Positions 27,995 to 36,999 of a stretch of DNA of 64,000 bases are shown in pieces. The stretch is from Dehalococcoidia bacterium (GTDB lineage Bacteria; Chloroflexota; Dehalococcoidia; UBA6926). The stretch lies in contig CAXXET010000006.1 of NCBI GenBank assembly GCA_963666115.2, forward strand, positions 160,001 to 224,000, read 5' to 3'. Each line of letters starts with the position of its first letter. The first letter of the stretch is position 1. The notes beneath the pieces are model-generated. The model worked only from the letters and a program-made list of their open reading frames with translations. It made no database searches and had not been told where the DNA came from. Position numbers and translations under genes: made by a program.

Positions 27995-28615
27995 GTGACA
28001 TCGCAGCCTGAGCAACGGGGCGGCCAGGCGGAATCCGTAACCCGCCTGACCGAGTTGTTGAGCCGACTGCCCGGCATCGGGCCGCGCAGCGCGCAGCGGC
28101 TCGCCTACCACGTGATCCGCGCTCCCAGGGAGGAGACGCGGGAGCTGGCGGAGGCGCTGCTGGGAGTCATCGAGACGGTCACGTTCTGCTCGGTGTGCCA
28201 GAACGTGACGCAGACGGACCCGTGCGCGCGGTGCGCGCTTCCGGCGGAGGACCAGTCGATCATCTGCGTGGTGGAGGAGCCGCTGGACGTTGTCGCGATC
28301 GAGCGGAGCGGGGCGTTCAAGGGACGGTATCACGTTCTGCACGGGCTGTTGTCGCCGATGGACGGGGTGACGCCGGAGAATCTTCGCATCCGTGAACTTA
28401 TCGAGCGGCTGAGGGACAACACGGTCACGGAGGTGATCATCGCCACGAATCCGTCGATGGAAGGGGAGGTGACGGCGATGTACGTGCAGGGGCTGATCAC
28501 GCCACTGGGGGTGCGGGTGACGAGGCTGGCGCGGGGGCTGCCGTCGGGGTCGGATTTGGAGTTTGCGGACGCGGTGACGGTGGCACGGGCTTTGGAGGGT
28601 AGGCAGGAGTTTTAG
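27995..28615 (+). CDS. recR: Recombination mediator RecR
   Basis: LPGIGPRSAQRLA, CSVC...CARC, ICVVE, YHVLHG, EGEVTA, LARGLPSG. Confidence 0.97.
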   Translation: MTSQPEQRGGQAESVTRLTELLSRLPGIGPRSAQRLAYHVIRAPREETRELAEALLGVIETVTFCSVCQNVTQTDPCARCALPAEDQSIICVVEEPLDVVAIERSGAFKGRYHVLHGLLSPMDGVTPENLRIRELIERLRDNTVTEVIIATNPSMEGEVTAMYVQGLITPLGVRVTRLARGLPSGSDLEFADAVTVARALEGRQEF

Positions 28616-28791
28616 GGGGCTTGAGAACGTCAACGCTCTGCGAGCATTGTAAGCAAGTGGAGTGCGGAAGAGCGCCAAAATTCCCTGAGGACGAGATGCC
28701 ACTATGCCGCTTGACGCACTTCTGTACAATCGATACAAATGGAACTGTCCAGCGCCATTTGCGGGAGTAAGCCGAGGACGCGGAAGGAGTC

Positions 28792-29097
28792 TTGAGGAAG
28801 AAAGCCATGCTTTTCCATGTAAGCCCCAAAATAGTCATTGAGCACGATTCCGGCAGGAAATACGAATGGATGGCATCTGTCCCAGGCACGAGCTTCCGCG
28901 TGTATGCCACCACCGAAAAGTCGGCTGAAAAGAGGCTCGTGAGGGCAATCAAGCTAGGATTGAATGCCCTCCACACTGCCGGTGGCCCTGAGGGAGTCAA
29001 GATGTATCTTGACCAACACTCCATCCCTTATCTTACCGAAGGTAATCTTGTAACCGTCAGAATTGGTCGTGGCAAGGAGTTGGAGCGTGCCCGCTAG
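28792..29097 (+). CDS. Small protein, HicB-like antitoxin fold (tentative)
   Basis: IVIEHD...WMASVPG...ATTEKSAEKRLVRAI pattern; lower GC than flanking genes. Confidence 0.45.
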   Translation: MRKKAMLFHVSPKIVIEHDSGRKYEWMASVPGTSFRVYATTEKSAEKRLVRAIKLGLNALHTAGGPEGVKMYLDQHSIPYLTEGNLVTVRIGRGKELERAR

Positions 29098-29341
29098 GTC
29101 ATATCCAGAGAACTCTATCCGCACGGTGTTGCTCTTGATGGGATACGGCGTGGCCTATGATGATGAAATAGAAGTATTCGTTCATCCCGGCACGCCAGGC
29201 CGCATGATTCACTTTGACTTTAGAAATGGCCGAATTAGCGAGGAGGACCTGCGCGCAACCTTTGCGTCAGAGGGTATTGATTCTACGCCGTTCTTTCACT
29301 ACCTAACATCTGAGTCCCTTCTGGATAGCATAGACGACTGA
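29087..29341 (+). CDS. Small protein, HicA-like fold (tentative)
   Basis: LLLMGY...VFVHPGTPGRMI...ISEEDLRATFASEGI; GTG start overlaps the upstream gene's 3' end. Confidence 0.45.
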   Translation: MPARSYPENSIRTVLLLMGYGVAYDDEIEVFVHPGTPGRMIHFDFRNGRISEEDLRATFASEGIDSTPFFHYLTSESLLDSIDD

Positions 29342-29556
29342 CCCCGCGCCAGTTCTGGCAGCGCGCCGCTCACTTCCATCGTTCCTCTCAGTCTGAACGT
29401 CGCCCCATTAGAGTGCGCAGCTCCTGTTGCACGCTCATTCTGCTAGGGGCAGGAATGGCGGGTGGCGGGGACATCCGGATGACAGCGGGGTGTCCGGCGG
29501 GGGTATTCTTGTCTCAGGTGGATGTTTTTGAGGCGTCGTAAGAGGGTGAGGAGGGG

Positions 29557-30399
29557 GTGATCATGGCGGATGTTTTGTATGAGAAGAATCCCGAGCAGCA
29601 TTATGCCGTTTTCATGCTGAATCGGCCTGACCGGTTGAATGCTATCGGCGGGCGGTTGATGGCGGAGCTCTTGGAGGCGTTGGAGGATTTTTCAAATGAT
29701 CCTGAGATGCGCGTGGGGATTGTGACGGGGGCGGGCAGGGCGTTCTGCGCGGGGGCGGATATGCGCGAGGGGGCCGACCGCGACGCGGCGACGAAGGCGC
29801 TTGCCGCGCGGCGGGACGCGGGTGAGATCACGGAGGATGAGTACAAAGCGGAGGCTGCCGCGCTTGCGCCGTCCGCGCCCGTCAAGTTCGACCTGTTTTC
29901 GCCGAATCCCAAGCCGTTCATCGCGGCCATCAACGGCCTTGCAGTCGGCGGCGGGATGCACTTCGTGATGGACTGCGATATCCGGATCGCGTCGTCGGAA
30001 TCGTATCTCGGATTGCCTGAGCCGAAGAGAGGCATCGCGGCAAGCTACGGGAGCCAGTATTTGGGGCGGATGATCGCGCCCGGGGAGGCGATGTTCTACC
30101 TGCTGACGGCGGAGAACATCCCGATCGACGAGGCGCATCGGATCGGGCTGGTGCATGAAGTCGTCGAACCGGAGAAGCTCATGGGGCGAGCGGTGGAGAT
30201 TGCGGAACTCATCGCGCGGAACGCTCCGCTGGCGGTTCGCGCATCCAAGGCGATGGCGCTCTTTCAACGGCGGAACGATGAGGACGATTTGAAGGAGTAT
30301 TCCGAACCAATCAGCGCGGAGGTCATGGCGTCCGATGACGTCGTTGAGGGGCGGCGGGCATTCGTTGAGAAGCGGCCGCCGCAGTGGACCGGGTCATAG
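29557..30399 (+). CDS. Enoyl-CoA hydratase/isomerase family protein
   Basis: LNRPDRLNA, TGAGRAFCAGAD, KPFIAAINGLAVGGG, CDIRIAS, PEPKRG, AFVEKRPP. Confidence 0.93.
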   Translation: MIMADVLYEKNPEQHYAVFMLNRPDRLNAIGGRLMAELLEALEDFSNDPEMRVGIVTGAGRAFCAGADMREGADRDAATKALAARRDAGEITEDEYKAEAAALAPSAPVKFDLFSPNPKPFIAAINGLAVGGGMHFVMDCDIRIASSESYLGLPEPKRGIAASYGSQYLGRMIAPGEAMFYLLTAENIPIDEAHRIGLVHEVVEPEKLMGRAVEIAELIARNAPLAVRASKAMALFQRRNDEDDLKEYSEPISAEVMASDDVVEGRRAFVEKRPPQWTGS

Positions 30400-30420
30400 G
30401 CGGGTCACAGGCGCGGGCAC

Positions 30421-31227
30421 ATGATCTCCGGACGGCCTCCCTCCACGCTGGCGCAGTCCACTCTCTACCGGGCGGACGCCGTCGTTCTGCGGCACAGCGA
30501 CCTGGGGGAGGCGGACCGTGTGCTGACGCTGTTCACGGCAGAGCACGGCAAGCTGCGGGCGACTGCGCGGGGGGCGCGCAAGCCGAAGAGCAGGCTGGGC
30601 GGGCACCTGGAGCCGCTGACGCGGGCATCGGTGCAGATTGCGCGGGGCAGGACGCTGGACGTGGTGACGCAGGCGCAGGCGGTGGAGGTGTTCCAGGCGG
30701 CGAGGGGGGATTTTTTGACGCTGCTGCACGGGCTGCACATGGCGGAACTGGTGGACAGGTTCACGCAGGAGCAGGAGCCGCAGGAGGAGTTATTCGCGCT
30801 GCTGCTGGAGGGGCTGCGGCGGCTGGATGCCGGGCAGCGGGCAGATTCGCTGGCGCGCGCGTTTGAGGCGCAGGTGTTGAACTGGGCGGGGTTCCAGCCT
30901 GCGCTGGACCGCTGCACATCCTGCGACGCCGACGCGGACGGGTCTCACGGGCAACTTGCGTTCAGCGCGCAGCTTGGGGGGCTGCTGTGTTCGTCGTGCG
31001 CATCGTCGCAGCCGGGGTGGACGCGCATCATCCCGCGAGAGACGGCGCGCGATTTGCAAGCATTGCAGCGGGAGGGGCTGGACGGGGCGGCGTCAGTGTC
31101 CACGGATGAGGGGGAGGCGGCGGAACTGGAGGCGCTGCTGCGATGGTATCTGCGCTATATCCTGGAGGTTCCGCTGGATACGGCGGGTGTTATCGACCGC
31201 GTTCGGGCGGCATCGGGAGGGCGCTAG
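30421..31227 (+). CDS. recO: DNA repair protein RecO
   Basis: LGEADRVLTLFT, GKLRATARGARKPKSRLGG, CTSC...GGLLCSSC. Confidence 0.94.
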   Translation: MISGRPPSTLAQSTLYRADAVVLRHSDLGEADRVLTLFTAEHGKLRATARGARKPKSRLGGHLEPLTRASVQIARGRTLDVVTQAQAVEVFQAARGDFLTLLHGLHMAELVDRFTQEQEPQEELFALLLEGLRRLDAGQRADSLARAFEAQVLNWAGFQPALDRCTSCDADADGSHGQLAFSAQLGGLLCSSCASSQPGWTRIIPRETARDLQALQREGLDGAASVSTDEGEAAELEALLRWYLRYILEVPLDTAGVIDRVRAASGGR

Positions 31228-31718
31228 TCCCGTTCGTTTCGGCGGCGTTCGCCGATGGTGACGGTTCCGTAGCTGAGCGATTTTATCACGCGGGCGATGA
31301 TGATTTGGACGGGGATCAGGCCGACGAGGGCGACGAGGCCCATGAGCTGGAGTTGACCGAAGGAGGGGCCTTCGGGGGGCGGCTCGGCGCCGCCCGCAGC
31401 GGCAGAGCAGCTTATGCCCAGCAGGATCAGCCCAAACATCTGGATGACGCCGACGACGAGTCTCAGCGCCTGGAGTCCCTTGATGCCCAAGTCCCTGCCG
31501 CGCCATGGGCTGAGGCGTTGAGCAGCGGGCGGCCTGAGGGCGTTTTCCTCCTGGCATTCCGGGCAGGTGTAGATTGCGGCAGTGAGGGGGTCGCCGCACG
31601 TGTTGCAGCGTCCGGCGTTGGCCTCCCGGCCGGTGATGATGACGCGGCAGGAGGGGCAGCGCGGCGTTACCTCATAGCCGCATGAGCGGCACATCCAGGT
31701 TCGTTTTTCCGTAGCCAT
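31224..31718 (-). CDS. Double zinc-ribbon protein with two C-terminal TM helices
   Basis: CRSC, CPSC, CNTC, CPEC followed by hydrophobic helices. Confidence 0.6.
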   Translation of the reverse strand: MATEKRTWMCRSCGYEVTPRCPSCRVIITGREANAGRCNTCGDPLTAAIYTCPECQEENALRPPAAQRLSPWRGRDLGIKGLQALRLVVGVIQMFGLILLGISCSAAAGGAEPPPEGPSFGQLQLMGLVALVGLIPVQIIIARVIKSLSYGTVTIGERRRNERD

Positions 31719-31740
31719 CGGACTAAGCGGTTTGCGGCGT

Positions 31741-32154
31741 CTAGCGCGCGGCGGGCGGGAACTCCACCCAGGTTTCGGTGGTGAGGGTCTGGGCGACGAG
31801 CTTGCCCGTCTCTTCCTGTGCGATCGTGCCTTCGACGATTGCGAAGCGGCTGCCCTTGTTGACGACGTTGGCCTGCGCCGTGAGGACGCCGGGCTGGCCG
31901 GGGCGGATGAAGTTGAGCTTCATCTCGATTGTGGCGTGGAGTTCATTGGGGGCGAGGAGGCTGTCCACGGCGTGGTGGATGCAGAAGTCCATGAGGGCCA
32001 TGATAACGCCGCCGGCGACGCGCGGATTATCGTCGGCGTGGAGGACGTGGCGCTCCACGGGGAGGGTGGCGGCGGCCTTGCCGTCCCCCTTTTCGGTCAG
32101 CTTCGCGCCCATCCACTCGATGAGGCGCTCCTTTTGCGCGACAGTCTCGGTCAT
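31741..32154 (-). CDS. PaaI-family thioesterase
   Basis: GGVIMALMD, ATIEMKLNFIRP, GKLVA. Confidence 0.85.
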   Translation of the reverse strand: MTETVAQKERLIEWMGAKLTEKGDGKAAATLPVERHVLHADDNPRVAGGVIMALMDFCIHHAVDSLLAPNELHATIEMKLNFIRPGQPGVLTAQANVVNKGSRFAIVEGTIAQEETGKLVAQTLTTETWVEFPPAAR

Positions 32155-32217
32155 GTTGCCTCCAGCCGCGTCTTTTGCGCGGTTTGAATCACGTCGATTT
32201 CCAGTATCATACGAAAC

Positions 32218-34119
32218 GTGGCTACGCCCGAACCAATGCAGACAGACAGAGCGACACTTTTCCTGTGGGGACGCCGCACCGCAGCCACGCTGATTGCGGC
32301 CATTTTCCTGCCCATTGCCATAGCCGCCATCACGTTCTCAGGCGCGCGGTCGTCCGTCACGGAGCCGGATGACGTGATCGGGGCGCTGAACGAGGCGGAT
32401 TTCTTCAGCTACGCGCACGACCATCTCATTCCGTCGGCCCTGGACGAACTCTTCCGGGAGACGGACAACGACGTTGTTCGCGCGGCTGAGCCGTGGAAGG
32501 GGGACGTTGCGGCTGCCCTCGAGACGGCATTTCCCGCGTCGGAGATTCGCGACGAAACGGAGAATACGCTGCGGGGCGCATGGCCGTATTTGTGGGGGCG
32601 AGAGGACGGGTTCGAGGTTGCGATTCCCGTTGCGCCACGAATGGCGCGCGGATTCGACGAGCTATCGCGCCGGGTTTCACGGGAAAACCCGGAGGTTTAC
32701 GGCCCGCTGATCGCGCTGCTTGCCGACCGGGTGGAAGAGGAGACGGCCGAGTATTCCGTGAGATCGGTGGATATGGGCGAGATTGCTGAGACGCACCTGC
32801 CGGAGATTGCGCCGAGCGACTGGCTGTTTCCGCGTCTTGGGCAGGCGGTGGACGACGTTGGGGCGTATTACATCGGGGAGACGGAGAACTCCGGGATTAC
32901 GATTCCGATCAACGACCGGGCATGGGCGGTTCAGAACGCGATCATCGACGTGTTGACGGAGGCCGACGCTGCCGATGCAGCGCTGACGGCGGCGGTTGAG
33001 TCGGGGCTGGACGGGCCAGGGCGGGCGGGGGAGCTGTCGATACCGGGGTTTGACGAGGGCGACACGGAGCTTGTGGCGGAGTACATCGTGGATGCGATTC
33101 CACGCGACGAGTTGGCCGCGGTAGAGGCGCAGGTGATCCAGGACGTGTCCGCGTATGCCGTCGGGCTGTCCGACGATTTGTTGAGTTCTCCGGTGGACCT
33201 GTCCTTGGCGCAGGCGCGGGTTGACGCTTCGACAGAAATCGCGGCGGAGGCCGAGCGGCGTCTTGACGCCAAATTCAACCTGGTGCCCGCCTGCGGGCCC
33301 AGGGAGATCCTGGACATCCGGATGCCGGAAACACTTGAAGACTTTCCGCTGTGCGCGCCCGCCATATTGACGTACACATCGTACCAGCGGGCTGTCGGGT
33401 TCGATGCGGAGAACATCGTGCGAGAGGAAGCGCAGGCGATGATCCCCCTCTCCATTTCGATCAAGTCGGATGACGTGCTGGCGGCGCTGGACCCCGGAGA
33501 ACTGGACCTCATCGAGCGGGTGCGGGAGGTTGTCGCGGAGGGAGTGACGGCGGATGCGGCGAACCTGACAGGAGAGTTGAGCGAGGAACTGTTCGAGGAC
33601 CCGAACCAGTTGCGCGAGTATATCCGCGCGGGGTTTGAGATATCGGATGAGACGCTTGAGGATGCGCTGGGGGAGGGTGATGAGCCTTCGATTCAGCAGG
33701 TCAGGGATTTGCTTGCCGCAAGCGGCATCGTCCAGATTGTGTTGTGGGTGGCTGCGGCGATATTGCTGTTCGCGGTCGCGTTCGTGGGCGGGCAGGGCTG
33801 GGAGGGGCGTCTGACGTGGGCGTCCATCGTGCTGGGGTTGAGCGCGATACTCGCGTGGCTGCTGGCGACGGCGCCGATTGAGTTTATCGTGCGGCCTGCT
33901 CTGGAGGAGTGGACGGACGAACTCATCGCGGGATTCACGGATGACGCGGCGGTGGAGCTGGTGATGCGGGTCGAGACGCTCATCACAGCCCTGCTGGATG
34001 CCGTGTCCGAAAGAGTGAGAGGGCAGGCGATCCGGGTGGGGGTGGTTGCCGGGGTGGCGTTGATCATCGCGCGGCTGCTCGCGCCGGAGTCGGTGGGGCG
34101 GCGTCCGTCCGGGCGGTGA
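32218..34119 (+). CDS. Hypothetical membrane protein with large acidic extracytoplasmic domain
   Basis: N-terminal TM and three C-terminal TM segments; 633-aa open frame with genome-typical codon usage. Confidence 0.65.
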   Translation: MATPEPMQTDRATLFLWGRRTAATLIAAIFLPIAIAAITFSGARSSVTEPDDVIGALNEADFFSYAHDHLIPSALDELFRETDNDVVRAAEPWKGDVAAALETAFPASEIRDETENTLRGAWPYLWGREDGFEVAIPVAPRMARGFDELSRRVSRENPEVYGPLIALLADRVEEETAEYSVRSVDMGEIAETHLPEIAPSDWLFPRLGQAVDDVGAYYIGETENSGITIPINDRAWAVQNAIIDVLTEADAADAALTAAVESGLDGPGRAGELSIPGFDEGDTELVAEYIVDAIPRDELAAVEAQVIQDVSAYAVGLSDDLLSSPVDLSLAQARVDASTEIAAEAERRLDAKFNLVPACGPREILDIRMPETLEDFPLCAPAILTYTSYQRAVGFDAENIVREEAQAMIPLSISIKSDDVLAALDPGELDLIERVREVVAEGVTADAANLTGELSEELFEDPNQLREYIRAGFEISDETLEDALGEGDEPSIQQVRDLLAASGIVQIVLWVAAAILLFAVAFVGGQGWEGRLTWASIVLGLSAILAWLLATAPIEFIVRPALEEWTDELIAGFTDDAAVELVMRVETLITALLDAVSERVRGQAIRVGVVAGVALIIARLLAPESVGRRPSGR

Positions 34120-34181
34120 GCGGGGGGGCGGCGCGGGCGCAGGCGGGCGGGTTTCGCGCGTTGTGGCAAAATAGGCTTGTC

Positions 34182-34631
34182 ATGTTGAACGTTGGCGATC
34201 CTGCGCCGGACTTTGAAATCCCACTGGGATCGGGAGAGCGGTTCAGGCTGTCTGAACACCGCGGGCGGAACGTTGTGCTGTTCTTCTACGTGCGCGCGTT
34301 CACGATGGGCTGCACGGCGCAGGTGAGGGGATTCAGCGGCGTCCATGAGGACATCATCGCCAAGAACGCGGTCGTGCTCGGCATCAGCACGGACAGCGTT
34401 GAGAAGCTGGGGCGGTTTGGGGAGGCGACGGGCGCGCCGTTCGGGCTGGGCAGCGACGGGACGAAAGAGGTGCGCCGGCTGTACGACGTGGAGCGGCGCT
34501 TCGGCCTCGGAACGTCGCGAGTGACGTATGTGATCGATGAGGGCGGCATCATCAGGGACGTGTTTCACAATGAGATCGTCATGAAGACGCATATTAGCAA
34601 GACGCTGTCGGCTCTCGACGCCCTCGAATAG
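34182..34631 (+). CDS. bcp: Peroxiredoxin (BCP/PrxQ family)
   Basis: [39 protein letters not shown]. Confidence 0.9.
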   Translation: MLNVGDPAPDFEIPLGSGERFRLSEHRGRNVVLFFYVRAFTMGCTAQVRGFSGVHEDIIAKNAVVLGISTDSVEKLGRFGEATGAPFGLGSDGTKEVRRLYDVERRFGLGTSRVTYVIDEGGIIRDVFHNEIVMKTHISKTLSALDALE

Positions 34632-34649
34632 ACGCCGGGAGGGTTCCGT

Positions 34650-34702
34650 TTGACGCGCCCGCTCACACGTGCTACGTTCTAAGGAGCGCGAACAGGGGTT
34701 CG
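34650..34702 (+). promoter_or_regulatory. lexA promoter and SOS box
   Basis: TTGACG (34650-34655), 17 bp spacer, TGcTACGTT extended -10; perfect CGAAC-AGGG-GTTCG (34689-34702), the GAAC-N4-GTTC box of Firmicutes, Actinobacteria and Chloroflexota. Confidence 0.85.
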
Positions 34703-34747
34703 CGGGTTTTTGGCGCGGCGACGGCGTAGACACGAGGGAGGGCAGTG

Positions 34748-35380
34748 ATGGTAGAGAATCTGAGGCCACGGCAGCAGGCCATCATGAGGTTCATCGAGAA
34801 TTTCCTGGACGAGAACGGGTATCCGCCGACGGTGCGGGACATCCAGTACGGGTGCGGGATTTCATCGACGAGCGTGGTGGACTACAACCTGAAGGGGCTG
34901 GTGCGGGGCGGTTTCCTGCGTCGGTCCAAGGAGGTCTCGCGCGGGATCGAGGTTGTGGGGCGCAGCGAGCGGCGGGTGAAGATTCCCGTGCTGGCGGCCA
35001 TCGCGGCGGGTCAGCCGCTGCCGGTGTTCCCGCAGGACGTGGCGACGGCTATCGAAGAGGATTCGGTGGACATCGATTCGAACATGGCCGCGGACACGGA
35101 CAAGCTCTATGCGCTGCGGGTGAAGGGCGATTCGATGATCGACGCGCTGATCAGGGACGGGGATATGGTCGTCCTGGAGGCGCAGGAGTCGGCGCAGCCC
35201 GGCGAGATGGTGGCGGCGTGGCTCGTTCAGGAGGAGGAGGCGACGTTGAAGCGTTTCTTCCCGGAGGGCGAGCGCGTGCGGTTGCAGCCGGAGAACACGA
35301 CGATGTCGCCGATCTACGTGGACGCGCGGAACGTGCAGATCCGGGGGCGCGTGGTGGGGGTTTTGCGGCGGTACGAGTAG
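34748..35380 (+). CDS. lexA: SOS repressor LexA
   Basis: GYPPTVRDI...STSVV, IAAG cleavage site, VKGDSM (Ser), ATLKRF (Lys), LQPEN. Confidence 0.97.
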   Translation: MVENLRPRQQAIMRFIENFLDENGYPPTVRDIQYGCGISSTSVVDYNLKGLVRGGFLRRSKEVSRGIEVVGRSERRVKIPVLAAIAAGQPLPVFPQDVATAIEEDSVDIDSNMAADTDKLYALRVKGDSMIDALIRDGDMVVLEAQESAQPGEMVAAWLVQEEEATLKRFFPEGERVRLQPENTTMSPIYVDARNVQIRGRVVGVLRRYE

Positions 35381-35447
35381 GGGCGGTCCCCGCCTGCTCG
35401 GGGGATACGGCGCCACAGCGCAGACCGGCGCGTTACGAGTGCAGCCA

Positions 35448-35675
35448 ATGATGCGACGTTTCGAGCCTTTGGGTGGAGTCATCACTGATGTCGCTGTCGA
35501 TGAGGACGGCTTTGCGTCGGTTACCGTCGAGCATCCGGCCTGTGGCAGCAGCATGGGGTATGCCTCCGGTCCGCTTGACCCGGTGAGCGAGGACGTGGCG
35601 TGCAGCAACTGCGGAGAGACGCTGATGCGGTACACGGGGGAGGATGGGATAGCAGCGGACGCGCCGCACCCGTGA
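35448..35675 (+). CDS. Small hypothetical zinc-ribbon protein
   Basis: HPACG and CSNCG pairs. Confidence 0.5.
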   Translation: MMRRFEPLGGVITDVAVDEDGFASVTVEHPACGSSMGYASGPLDPVSEDVACSNCGETLMRYTGEDGIAADAPHP

Positions 35676-35728
35676 GCAAAGGCGGTCTCATGTTGTCTTG
35701 GTGGGTTAGCGCATGCACACTCTAAGGC

Positions 35729-36049
35729 ATGGTTCAGCTCCTTAGCGGCGCTTGGCGAGACCGCCTCGGCGATATTGTTGCGGCTGCAAGCCGTAGCGTG
35801 CTTATCGTCGCCCCCTACATCAAGAATGACGAAGCAGTATGGCTCTGCAATCAGTTACGCCCTGGTATCGAGGTCGTCACCCTCGCAAACTTGGATAGGG
35901 AAGCCGTTAGCAGTTCGGCTTTGGACATATCCGCTCTTCAGCATCTCGCCAGAGTGTCCTTGCTTATGACTCCAGTTCGAAGACTTGGGCGCTTGCCCAA
36001 GGAACCTGACGTCAGGCCGCGCAAGGGGATTTCATGGTTGGCGCGATGA
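35729..36049 (+). pseudogene. N-terminal fragment of a phospholipase-D-like nuclease domain
   Basis: ASRSVLIVAPYIK...SALDISAL typical of PLD-like domains; ends before any HxK motif, immediately ahead of a palindromic repeat cluster. Confidence 0.5.
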
Positions 36050-36054
36050 GATTG

Positions 36055-36120
36055 AGATTCCCGCTTTCGCGGGAATGACGGAGGGGGTCTTCACCCTTCG
36101 ACAGGCTCAGGGTGAACGGG
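36055..36120. repeat. Palindromic repeat cluster (types A and C)
   Basis: GATTCCCGCTTTCGCGGGAATGACGG and CCCTTCGACAGGCTCAGGGTGAACGG; both recur at 39708-39766. Confidence 0.85.
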
Positions 36121-36225
36121 CGGGAGTGGGCCCCCGCCTGCGCGGGGGATACGAGTGGGGCGTGTGGGCCGCCGCCTACGGGGGGGATGCGGAGGGGGTG
36201 GGGTTAGTCTGCGGAGGGGGGGCGG

Positions 36226-36369
36226 TTAGTCTGCGGAGGGGACTCTGCGTTGGCCCTGGAGTTCCATTTCCTTGTCGCAGCAGGAGATGACGACGTCGGC
36301 GGCCTTGGTCGCCAACACCTGCGTTCCACAGTCTTCACATTCGTAGCGCTTGCCTAGCTGCATTGACAT
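36226..36369 (-). CDS. Desulforedoxin-like mini-protein (47 aa)
   Basis: RBS GGAGG; MSMQLGKRYECEDCGTQVLATKAADVVISCCDKEMELQGQRRVPSAD; CxxC-X15-CC. Confidence 0.8.
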   Translation of the reverse strand: MSMQLGKRYECEDCGTQVLATKAADVVISCCDKEMELQGQRRVPSAD

Positions 36370-36446
36370 TTTTTGTCCTCCCAGCGTGCGCGCGCCGTTT
36401 GACGCGCGACTCAGTCATTCTGTTGCGTTATGCGTGATGTTTTACG

Positions 36447-36563
36447 TTACTTCTGCGCCAGCTGCGCGCCGCAGCAGGTGAGGTCGCCTTCGCCCGCCTT
36501 GGTGACGACCACCTCGACGCCGCAGTCCGCGCAACCGTATCGCTTGCCCATCTGGTTCGCCAT
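36447..36563 (-). CDS. Desulforedoxin-like mini-protein (38 aa)
   Basis: MANQMGKRYGCADCGVEVVVTKAGEGDLTCCGAQLAQK; CxxCG-X14-CCG. Confidence 0.82.
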   Translation of the reverse strand: MANQMGKRYGCADCGVEVVVTKAGEGDLTCCGAQLAQK

Positions 36564-36648
36564 GTCCCTGACTCAACCTCCCGTTCCGTCGTTGAATTGT
36601 TGAGGATGCGGGCGATTTCACAGGCCCGGAGGCCGCGCCGCCGCAAGA

Positions 36649-36684
36649 AGTCTCAGTATAGGGTTGCGTACTGAGACTCGTCAA
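36649..36684 (-). promoter_or_regulatory. Promoter overlapped by a perfect 10-bp inverted repeat
   Basis: Minus-strand TTGACG (36679-36684), 18 bp spacer, TATACT (36655-36660); AGTCTCAGTA-N10-TACTGAGACT (36649-36678). Confidence 0.6.
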
Positions 36685-36723
36685 TTGGAGCGGAGCGTGC
36701 GGGCGGCGGCGGATGCGAGTAGT

Positions 36724-36996
36724 ATGGGCGGCATGAAGGACGAGTGGTTGGCCGCGTGGGCCTTCGTCGGCATCATGATCGCGATCAAGATCGTGCTGGG
36801 CGTGATCATCTTCATCTACATGCCGCTCCGGGAGACGGCGTCGCTTTATACCGTCGTTCACCTCAGCGCCGTCTTCGGCGTGATCCCGCTGCTAGCGCTG
36901 GCGGGGGGCGGGGTTCTGTTCTGGTGGAAGGTTGTCCGCCTGCGGATGCAGCGCAAGCGGCTGCTGGAATCAGAGTGGCAAGTCGACGCGGATTAG
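36724..36996 (+). CDS. Small two-TM membrane protein
   Basis: Two hydrophobic helices and a basic tail RLRMQRKRLLESEW. Confidence 0.6.
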   Translation: MGGMKDEWLAAWAFVGIMIAIKIVLGVIIFIYMPLRETASLYTVVHLSAVFGVIPLLALAGGGVLFWWKVVRLRMQRKRLLESEWQVDAD

Positions 36997-36999
36997 CGG

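Noticed and set aside
27981-27996. SOS box upstream of recR
   Set aside because: The half-sites are inverted (GTTC-N5-GAAC), so it is a small hairpin rather than a LexA box.
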